Shown: positions 7,917 to 13,914 of the stretch, piece by piece | How positions within the stretch are numbered: the stretch's first letter is position 1 | Layout of the letters: each line of letters begins with the position of its first letter | NCBI GenBank assembly: GCA_000270325.1 | Contig: BA000048.1 | Span: 457,984 to 489,983 of the forward strand | DNA length: 32,000 nucleotides | From: Candidatus Caldarchaeum subterraneum | GTDB lineage: Archaea; Thermoproteota; Nitrososphaeria_A; Caldarchaeales; Caldarchaeaceae | Direction of reading: 5' to 3' | The notes under the pieces: model-generated | What the model was told of the DNA's origin: nothing | The model's input: the letters and a program-made list of their open reading frames with translations, nothing else | Database searches by the model: none | Program-made: the position numbers and the translations under genes

Positions 7917-9095
7917 ATGCGTTTTGATGTGGTTGTTGTGGGCGGGGGCTCAACTGGCTCGAGCATAGCTTACTATCTCGCCTCACGGGGTGCTGGAAAA
8001 GTAGCTCTTGTTGAGAAGCAGAGGGTTGGATGGGGGCAGACGGGGAGGTCCACCGCCGTTGTCAGGCTGCATTACAGCACCGAGCCCCTGATAAAAATGG
8101 CTCTTGAAAGCTGGAAAATTCTACGCAACATGGAGAAGGTTGTGGGAGGCCCCTCGGGTTTCACAGAGGTGGGGTTCCTTATCTTCGCTGGCCATGAAGA
8201 CTTGAATGGGTTGAAGAGAAACGTTGAGCTGCAGAAAAAGCTCGGCGTCGAAACACGTTTACTTGGACCCGAGGAAGTGAGAGAAATTCTTCCCCAAACC
8301 TCCACGGATTCTCTGGCGGCCGCCGCCTATGAACCATTTTCAGGCTACGCAGACCCGGTAACCACGGCCCAGACATATGCATCCGCCGCTGTGAGAGAAG
8401 GAGTGGCCCTGTTGGAGGATTGTGAAGTTCACTCCGTCAGACGTGATGGTCGAAGAATTCTTGGACTAGAGACATCCAAGGGGCTGCTGGAAGCCGATGT
8501 GATTGTTAACGCTACGGGTGTCTGGTGCAACAGGTTTTTCGAAATGACTGGTGTACAGATGCCGGTCAAAATTTACAAAGAGGAGATAGTTGTGTGGAAA
8601 AGGCCCTCCAGCTTCGAAGGCAATCATCCCGTTGTCGGAGACCTTCCCAACAACTATTACATGAGACCCGCTGGCGAGACCCAGACTTACATGGGGAGCA
8701 TAAACCCAGACCTCTCAAACCCAAGAAGATATGCCACAGATTTTGATTTGGAGGAGAGGGTTGGCATCGAGACGGCGACGAGATACGGTGAAGCTGTTTC
8801 GAAGCGTTTCCCGGTCATGGCTGAAGCGGGTTTCGTGGGCGGATGGGTTGGCCTATACGATGTTACACCTGACTGGCTACCCGTCATAGGTTTTTCACAG
8901 GATGTGGAGAACCTTTTCAACGCAGTCGGCATGAGCGGACACGGCTTCAAGCTCTGCCCAGCAATAGGAATACTCGCATCAGACATAATCATGGGAAAGA
9001 AAACAAGCATCATAGACCCCCAGTTTCTCCACGAAAAACGCTTCACAGAACAGCGATATGCAACCAGCAGCTACAGATACGGCGTCATATCCTAA
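7917..9095 (+). CDS. FAD-dependent oxidoreductase (DAO family; sarcosine/glycine/D-amino-acid oxidase-like)
   Basis: N-terminal Rossmann motif VVVVGGGSTGSSIAYYLA and C-terminal GMSGHGFKLCPAIG. At 392 aa it is typical of the family. Confidence 0.75.
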   Translation: MRFDVVVVGGGSTGSSIAYYLASRGAGKVALVEKQRVGWGQTGRSTAVVRLHYSTEPLIKMALESWKILRNMEKVVGGPSGFTEVGFLIFAGHEDLNGLKRNVELQKKLGVETRLLGPEEVREILPQTSTDSLAAAAYEPFSGYADPVTTAQTYASAAVREGVALLEDCEVHSVRRDGRRILGLETSKGLLEADVIVNATGVWCNRFFEMTGVQMPVKIYKEEIVVWKRPSSFEGNHPVVGDLPNNYYMRPAGETQTYMGSINPDLSNPRRYATDFDLEERVGIETATRYGEAVSKRFPVMAEAGFVGGWVGLYDVTPDWLPVIGFSQDVENLFNAVGMSGHGFKLCPAIGILASDIIMGKKTSIIDPQFLHEKRFTEQRYATSSYRYGVIS

Positions 9096-9100
9096 AACAC

Positions 9101-9110
9101 AATTTTTAAG
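9101..9110 (+). promoter_or_regulatory. TATA box upstream of the tRNA-like fragment
   Basis: AATTTTTAAG ends 26 nt before 9136, the first nucleotide of the acceptor-like strand. Confidence 0.45.
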
Positions 9111-9135
9111 AAACCAAAACAATGGAGGCAGCGGG

Positions 9136-9169
9136 GCCCTGGTAGCTCAGCCTGGTGGAGCGAGCAGGG
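9136..9169 (+). tRNA. tRNA 5'-half-like fragment (acceptor 5' strand plus D-arm plus a few nt); no anticodon loop, T-arm or 3' acceptor strand found
   Basis: GCCCTGG TA GCTC AGCCTGGTG GAGC G... gives U8, A14, R15, G18G19 and a 4-bp D stem. Position 21 is G rather than the near-universal A. See the first finding. Confidence 0.5.
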
Positions 9170-9177
9170 TGCCTTAA

Positions 9178-9194
9178 ATCCTATGATTTAGGAT
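9178..9194. repeat. dyad ATCCTA-tgatt-TAGGAT
   Basis: Perfect 6-bp inverted repeat with a 5-nt spacer, followed by TTTT at 9199-9202. Confidence 0.7.
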
Positions 9195-9308
9195 ATTCTT
9201 TTGAGAGAGAAAGAAAACAACGCCACTACCGAACCCCAATCATAAACACCACTCTATAAACCCGGTAGTTCTTAAAACTGGCAGGTCAATGAATAATGCC
9301 TTGATGTT

Positions 9309-9834
9309 TTATTCTATTCTTGGTGCTTGGTATAGTGTTATCTCCAAATCCTTTATCCTACCCTCTATAATGATAGGATAAGGACTATTCTTCTCAGGGT
9401 CTTTACTGAATAATAGCTTAACACCTTGTATACCCATCCTATCTACACCCTTTAAATACCTAAGAGGCCGAAATACTGTTTCTCCACCTCTCCCCGTCCA
9501 GACACCTTCAAAGACCTCTCCAAAGACTTATTCCCATACTCAAGCTTAGAACTAAGAGATAAGACACCATCTCTAAACGAGAACATAACAGTCTGAGAGT
9601 GGATAAAAGCGTCTCGGTGGAAAGCCTGACATCAGCTATAACAGGCTCAAAACCATTCAACAGAGAGCCAATCTCGGTAACAGAAGCCTCCTCTTCCTCC
9701 TTGTATACAACGTCCTCAACCCTAATCTTTCCAAGCCTCTCCGAAAAATCATAGACAGCAACCCCATCACCAAAATTCTTAAGCCACTTCAGGGGATACT
9801 CGACACGACCTGTGGCATGAGTATGTGTTGGTGT
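9309..9834 (-). pseudogene. remnants of a decayed protein gene in three successive reading frames
   Basis: Frame A is open 9834->9508 (108 codons) with no ATG/GTG start and only a late in-frame TTG: ..GRVEYPLKWLKNFGDGVAVYDFSERLGKIRVEDVVYKEEEEASVTEIGSLLNGFEPVIADVRLSTETLL... Frame B is open 9631->9452: ..FRDGVLSLSSKLEYGNKSLERSLKVSGRGEVEKQYFGLLGI*. Frame C is 9437->9309: MGIQGVKLLFSKDPEKNSPYPIIIEGRIKDLEITLYQAPRIE*. I recognise no family. Confidence 0.4.
9351..9383. repeat. dyad (CT)TTATCCTA-N13-TAGGATAA(GG)
   Basis: Perfect 8-bp inverted repeat (9353-9360 / 9374-9381). It extends by a G-U pair and a C-G pair if read as RNA. Confidence 0.7.
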
Positions 9835-9851
9835 TCAGAAAGGTGGTGTAG

Positions 9852-10865
9852 ATGGGTATGAAATATGAAAGGAAGGCGCTGGAGCTTTATAGGAGGCTTG
9901 AGCGGCTTTTACTGCCGAGGTTTGAGGGCGCATGCATTGATTTCCATTGGGAAAGGCCGGCAACGGTGTTCCTTCCTCATATACCGACGGTGGTTCAGGT
10001 TGGTAACGGAAAGCTTCCTGCTTTTCTAGTGAGCCATGGTGTGAACAGAGTTCTGGTTGACGCACTATGGCCGACGAATGTAGAGGTTCTTATGAAGCTT
10101 ATCGAAGACGGGGTGGAGGTCTGGGTGTTGACTAGGCCTTCGGCTCTTCATGGATGGAGGAGGAAGAGCTCAGGAAAGCCTAGGGGTCTCGTGGAGTGGC
10201 TGATGAGACATCATCCAGATGTCGTAAAGGGCTTCAAGACCGAGATAAAGAACGATGTTTACGATGCTGTTCTGCTGAGATACGTAAAGCCGAAGTATCA
10301 TAGGAAAATGACTAGGGTGTTTCTGATGTGCTGGCCAAAGATGGTGCTATTCCGGACTGCTAGAAAAAATAATCAGAGGCTTCTTCAACAACTCAGTGCA
10401 TTGCCATTGCCAGAGGAAGAGAACACGACGAGGCTACAGATTTCGGAGAACTTTCTAACGACCGAGGCTAATCTATTCGTTCGTGTGCTCAAAAAGGAAT
10501 ATTCAGAGATTGACAAACTATTCACCGAACTCGGTATAGATGATGTCATCTCTAAGGCATTCGCCTCCGAAGTATTCCTAGAGCTAGACGAGACCAAAAG
10601 TTTAAGCGAAAACCGCAGAAAATTTGGGCTAATCCCTAAAAAACATCAGGATAAGTTGATATACGATGGAGCCGCAAAATATTCATTGGTGCAGTTGGCG
10701 GTAAAACGATTCGGAGCGATTCCAAAGTATCTAACCGAGGAGGACCGCAAGAGGTTTTCCATGGAACTCGGAAAAACACTCGACGCGATTTATCGGTGGA
10801 AGAAGACATACAGACGGGAAACCCAAGAGAGGCTGGCGGGCATACCGGCCCAGCAACAGGGATAA
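9852..10865 (+). CDS. IS110/Piv-like DEDD (RuvC-fold) recombinase homologue, divergent; serine nucleophile apparently missing
   Basis: Motifs occur in IS110 order: ACID30F, VLVD70ALWP, VWVLTRP, KND135VYD138AVLL. An HhH-like ELGIDDVISKAFASEVF and FGLIPKK follow, with D267 where the Ser is expected. Assignment is by motif pattern only. Confidence 0.4.
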   Translation: MGMKYERKALELYRRLERLLLPRFEGACIDFHWERPATVFLPHIPTVVQVGNGKLPAFLVSHGVNRVLVDALWPTNVEVLMKLIEDGVEVWVLTRPSALHGWRRKSSGKPRGLVEWLMRHHPDVVKGFKTEIKNDVYDAVLLRYVKPKYHRKMTRVFLMCWPKMVLFRTARKNNQRLLQQLSALPLPEEENTTRLQISENFLTTEANLFVRVLKKEYSEIDKLFTELGIDDVISKAFASEVFLELDETKSLSENRRKFGLIPKKHQDKLIYDGAAKYSLVQLAVKRFGAIPKYLTEEDRKRFSMELGKTLDAIYRWKKTYRRETQERLAGIPAQQQG

Positions 10866-10968
10866 AACCCAGAGGCCATGGTATGCCCCTGTATATATAG
10901 GACAGCCAATGGACTGCACCTCAAGAGCGTTTAGCATGCCGGCTTCTGGGTTTCCTAGATGTTGTCTG

Positions 10969-11033
10969 GTGGTTGCCTGCCAGCCAACCACTCCCCTATT
11001 TTTCCCTGTTTTGTGATGTTTTTGTTTATTTTT
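10969..11033 (+). terminator. hairpin plus multiple oligo-T tracts downstream of the IS110-like ORF
   Basis: Stem GTGGTTG (10969-10975) / CAACCAC (10985-10991) with a 9-nt loop. It is followed by T5 (10999-11003), T4 (11009-11012), T5 (11019-11023) and T5 (11029-11033). Confidence 0.45.
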
Positions 11034-11127
11034 GCGGTTCTTATCACTATTTTTTCCATGCTGCGGCCAGTTCGGATAAAATCAGTTCGTTTATAAAAAA
11101 CTCATATAAAACCCTTATGAGGTTAAA

Positions 11128-11328
11128 ATGAGCGAAGCGTTTTTATTGCTTTTTCATACCTTGTGGCCTAAATTCCCTTGGGCTCTATTCCCTATTCTCC
11201 TGCTGGTGTTTCTTTGTCTAAGGTTCAAATCGGGTTCAGAAGGTATGTTGTATATGTATGCTTTCTGGATTATCTCTGTCTTTATCCATCCTGACAGCCT
11301 CTCACCAATCCCCTCCAGTAAGAAGTAA
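11128..11328 (+). CDS. possible small two-TM membrane protein (66 aa)
   Basis: TTTATAAAAAA (11090-11100) lies about 28 nt upstream and GAGGT 5 nt before the ATG. There are two hydrophobic segments (AFLLLFHTLW..ALFPILLLVFLCL; MYAFWIISVFI). It could also be a chance ORF in AT-rich DNA. Confidence 0.3.
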   Translation: MSEAFLLLFHTLWPKFPWALFPILLLVFLCLRFKSGSEGMLYMYAFWIISVFIHPDSLSPIPSSKK

Positions 11329-11417
11329 AAGGAGCCAATCCTAGACCATAGGCCTAACTGTTTATTAGAAACAGTCATCGAAACCAGAGAAACTGCCCAG
11401 AGTTAAGACAGAAATTA

Positions 11418-11456
11418 GGCTCGCGGGACCGAAAGAAGCCTGCGAATTAAGCCACA
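11418..11456 (+). other. stem-loop with a GA-rich loop followed by ACA
   Basis: GGCT/AGCC (11418-21 / 11450-53) and CGCGGG/CCTGCG (11422-27 / 11439-44). The latter includes one G-U pair that exists only in a plus-strand RNA. The loop is ACCGAAAGAAG, with ACA at 11454-56. Confidence 0.3.
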
Positions 11457-11532
11457 AGGCATAAATTCTTTAAAATTACAATTCAAGTCTTTTTTAACGA
11501 ACCTTGCATACCAACTATACCCCATAACGCTC

Positions 11533-12093
11533 TTGATGAACTTTAATTTCGGCATAGGCTTTTGGACTTCGATGGATGCGTCAAGCTTCTTGATGGGGCT
11601 TGCATACATTTTCCCCGCTTACGTGGCTAATGCTTCTCCTGTGGTTGCCGCGAAAATTTTGAGGAAGACGAGGCCTATCGACTGTGGGCGAGTGTTTGTT
11701 GATGGCCGCAGGGTTTTGGGGGATGGCAAGACCGTTGAAGGGTTTGTTGTGGGCGTTTTAGCGGGGTTTTTGACAGGGTTTGTTATGAGTTTTCTATGGA
11801 GCTGGTTGTTCGGGTTGTTTGAGGTTTTTCTACTCTCTTTAGGGGCTCTGCTGGGCGACGTAGGTGGTGCATTTGTCAAGAGGCGTCTGGGGCTGAAGAC
11901 AGGCAGTCCAGCGCCCGTGCTTGACCAGCTAAGTTTCCTCACAGCGGCCCTACTGCTCATACATCTTTTCCACGGCCTGCCTCCGTGGATGGATACCGCG
12001 ACCCTCGCATCCCTCTTCCTTTTCACAATCTTCATGCACATCGCCACAAACAGTTTCGCATACCTTGTGGGACTCAAAAACAAATGGTATTAG
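11533..12093 (+). CDS. carS: CDP-archaeol synthase (CDP-2,3-bis-O-geranylgeranyl-sn-glycerol synthase)
   Basis: A 5-TM protein of about 180 aa with FPAYVANASPVV and GDGKTVEGFVVGVLAG, typical of the CarS/DUF46 family. The start could instead be ATG 11572. Confidence 0.75.
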   Translation: MMNFNFGIGFWTSMDASSFLMGLAYIFPAYVANASPVVAAKILRKTRPIDCGRVFVDGRRVLGDGKTVEGFVVGVLAGFLTGFVMSFLWSWLFGLFEVFLLSLGALLGDVGGAFVKRRLGLKTGSPAPVLDQLSFLTAALLLIHLFHGLPPWMDTATLASLFLFTIFMHIATNSFAYLVGLKNKWY

Positions 12094-12545
12094 AGAGCAA
12101 GCTCAGGCCTTGTAACACGGAGGATGCTACGCAAAGCCATGAAAACAGCTCGCACGTTCTCAAGCGTTCCCCTCCTTTTTCTCAACCCAAGCAGAGCAGA
12201 GGCCTCCGATACATCCGACACGTCTAGAGAGAAGGTTTTTCCAAAAAAGGTTTTCAGGTCAAGGTGATAGGCCTCGTATAATGGGGCCGGGTCAAGCCGA
12301 TTTCTGATAATTTTAGCCGTTAAGAGAGGGAACGCAAACGATTCTCCACCCCACGTGACAAAGATATCCACATCCATGCAGAATTTCAAGAAACTTCGGA
12401 GAAAAGTTTTCTCATCACCGCGGAAAACACGTCCCCCGCCTGTTTCCCCCAAAAGCCTAATCTCTCGTAGAGCAGCTTCTAACCCATCTCCAGAGGTCTT
12501 GAGCTCCAAGAAATAGATGTGTGGGCCGATTTTTTGACTTCTCAA
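12090..12545 (-). CDS. RNase H-like (YprB/PolB-exonuclease-type) fold protein with substituted catalytic residues
   Basis: IYFLELKTSG (cf. FxDxETTG), IFVTWGGESFAFPLL (cf. VTYNGxxFDxPxL) and AYHLDL (cf. HxDL). There is a 4-nt overlap with the upstream ahcY stop. Confidence 0.45.
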   Translation of the reverse strand: MRSQKIGPHIYFLELKTSGDGLEAALREIRLLGETGGGRVFRGDEKTFLRSFLKFCMDVDIFVTWGGESFAFPLLTAKIIRNRLDPAPLYEAYHLDLKTFFGKTFSLDVSDVSEASALLGLRKRRGTLENVRAVFMALRSILRVTRPELAL

Positions 12546-13849
12546 GTTCCAGCCATCCAGCTCCGCATGTAATCAAGCTGCCTGGGGGTGAGCTTCTCCA
12601 GCTCGACGCCAAAGGCTGCGAGCTTCAGCGCCGCGACGGCTTCGTCTATTTCGCGTGGAACTGTGTAGACATGTTTTCCCAGTTTTTCCACGTTTTTTAT
12701 CAGATAGCGGAGAGACTCTGCCTGCAGTGAGAATGAGAGGTCCATAACCTCGGAGGGATGGCCCTCTGCGCAGACTAGGTTAACCAGCCTCCCGTCGGCG
12801 AGTAGAAAGAGTTTGCGGCCGTTTCTCAGCCGGTAAAGCGTCACGTTTTCGCGTATGGTTTCGACGGAGACAGCCAGCTGTTTCAGGTCTTGTTTGTTTA
12901 TCTCGACGTCCATGTGGCCGGCGTTGGCGAGGAAAACTCCGTCCTTCATTTTCTCGAAGTGCTCTCCCCTTATCACGTCTATGTTGCCGGTTGCCGTGAT
13001 GAAGACATCGCCTATCTCGGATGCTTTTGACATAGATGTGACTGTGAACCCGTTCATGTATGCCTGCAGCGCTTTGATGGGGTCAGGCTCGACAACCACA
13101 ACCCGTGCACCCATTCCCTTCGCCCTCTCAGCTATACCGGCGCCAACTCTCCCGTATCCGGCGACCACCACTGTTTTACCCGCGAGGAGAAGGTTTGTGG
13201 CTCTCAGCACTCCGTCGAGGGCCGACTGCCCCGTTCCTAGAGGGTTGTCGAAAAGGCTTTTGGACAGTGCGTCGTTTACGGCGATGACGGGGAATGCGAG
13301 CAGCCCCTCTCCATCAAGGGCCCTAAGCCTCGTGACACCTGTTGTCGTCTCCTCTGTCGCGCCCCAAACACGTGGAACATCCGCCCCATCCATTCCTCTT
13401 CTCACATCCTCCAGATGCACATCCGGTAAACCGTGGATAAGCCTGTGCAAAGAGGTGATGAGATCAGCTCCGTCGTCGACCAGCAGATGCGGCCCATGAG
13501 ACAAGACTTTTCCAAGTGCCCCGTAATATTCCTGCGTCGACATCCCCCGGAAAGCGTAGACGTTGAACCCTTCGACCGCCAACGCCGCCGCGACATCATC
13601 CTGCGTGCTGAGAGGGTTTGAGGCACACAGAGCCACTTTCGCCCCTCCCTCTCGAAGAACTCGGCAGAGCACAGCAGTTTCCTTCGTCACATGCAAACAC
13701 ATCGAGACCCTATATCCCTCAAAAGGCTTCTCGTCAGCATACTTTCTTCTCAACAAGGAGAGAACAGGCATCATCGATTCAGCCAACATGATGCGACTGG
13801 CTCCCTTCTCCGCCAGAGACAAGTCCTTCACATGGAAAGGCTCGGTCAA
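12542..13849 (-). CDS. ahcY: S-adenosyl-L-homocysteine hydrolase
   Basis: VKDLSLAEKG N-terminus, NAD-binding VVVAGYGRVGAGIAERAKGMGARVVVVEPDP, 435 aa. The TTG start is 23 nt downstream of ATTAAAAACA (minus strand). Confidence 0.9.
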   Translation of the reverse strand: MTEPFHVKDLSLAEKGASRIMLAESMMPVLSLLRRKYADEKPFEGYRVSMCLHVTKETAVLCRVLREGGAKVALCASNPLSTQDDVAAALAVEGFNVYAFRGMSTQEYYGALGKVLSHGPHLLVDDGADLITSLHRLIHGLPDVHLEDVRRGMDGADVPRVWGATEETTTGVTRLRALDGEGLLAFPVIAVNDALSKSLFDNPLGTGQSALDGVLRATNLLLAGKTVVVAGYGRVGAGIAERAKGMGARVVVVEPDPIKALQAYMNGFTVTSMSKASEIGDVFITATGNIDVIRGEHFEKMKDGVFLANAGHMDVEINKQDLKQLAVSVETIRENVTLYRLRNGRKLFLLADGRLVNLVCAEGHPSEVMDLSFSLQAESLRYLIKNVEKLGKHVYTVPREIDEAVAALKLAAFGVELEKLTPRQLDYMRSWMAGT

Positions 13850-13873
13850 ACCGACAAACAGCGGAGAACCATG

Positions 13874-13890
13874 TTTTTAATCCTTTTTAG
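13874..13890. promoter_or_regulatory. back-to-back A/T boxes for ahcY (minus) and aIF-2beta (plus)
   Basis: TTTTTAAT (13874-13881) is 23 nt from TTG 13849. CTTTTTAG (13883-13890) is 24 nt from ATG 13915. Confidence 0.45.
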
Positions 13891-13914
13891 CTGCATCCAG
13901 CCACTGGCATCGGT

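Larger units (their letters stand above)
9170..11460. mobile_element. low-GC island, probably a degraded integrated or mobile element
   Basis: I counted 87 G+C in 240 nt (36%) for 9181-9420 and 44/120 (37%) for 10981-11100. Two 60-nt blocks of the flanking oxidoreductase gene gave 47% and 52%. The island contains frameshifted gene remnants, an IS110-like ORF and long non-coding stretches. It lies between a tRNA-like fragment and the conserved carS gene. Boundaries are approximate. Confidence 0.45.

Noticed and set aside
9127-9173. A bulge-helix-bulge splice motif formed by GGCA/TGCC plus CCCTG/CAGGG around the tRNA fragment
   Set aside because: The geometry (4 bp + 5 bp with a single 6-nt bulge) does not match the 3-4-3 BHB. 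GGCA (9127-9130) probably lies upstream of the transcription start. I kept only the CCCTG/CAGGG pairing, as a note in the first finding.
9184-9408. A C/D-box sRNA after the tRNA fragment (UAUGAUUU as a C box, CUGA near 9405)
   Set aside because: The C-box match is imperfect (AUGAUU vs RUGAUGA). The nearest CUGA is over 200 nt away, far beyond archaeal C/D sRNA length.
9852-10865. TnpB/Cas12-like RNA-guided nuclease with a downstream omega-RNA
   Set aside because: There is no RuvC-I GIDxG / RuvC-III DxDxNAA pattern and no Cys-rich zinc finger. The protein has only two Cys, and they are far apart. Its motif order fits the IS110 DEDD type instead.
9136-11532. A complete intron-containing tRNA, or the missing 3' half somewhere in the island
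   Set aside because: I tried every register for an anticodon stem-loop after 9162, and none gives U33 plus a paired stem. I also looked for CCAGGGC/GCCCTGG and GTTCRAATC on both strands without success. The only T-loop-like string, GGTTCAAATCG at 11222-11232, has no flanking complementary stem and no acceptor strand.
11154-11609. ORFs 11154..11378 (minus, 74 aa) and 11415..11609 (minus, 64 aa)
   Set aside because: Neither has a TATA box or SD. The first overlaps the better-supported plus-strand membrane ORF. The second runs antisense across the carS start and promoter.
12855-13499. A 214-aa ORF antisense to ahcY, and similar long antisense ORFs (21619..22437 272 aa, 13927..14409 160 aa, 11619..12083 154 aa, 16525..16950 141 aa, 3403..4031, 208..510, 698..1009, 8687..9046, 26329..26676, 29968..30276)
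   Set aside because: All lie fully inside well-supported genes on the opposite strand. They have Ser/Pro/Arg/Thr-rich low-complexity translations typical of shadow frames and lack promoter boxes.
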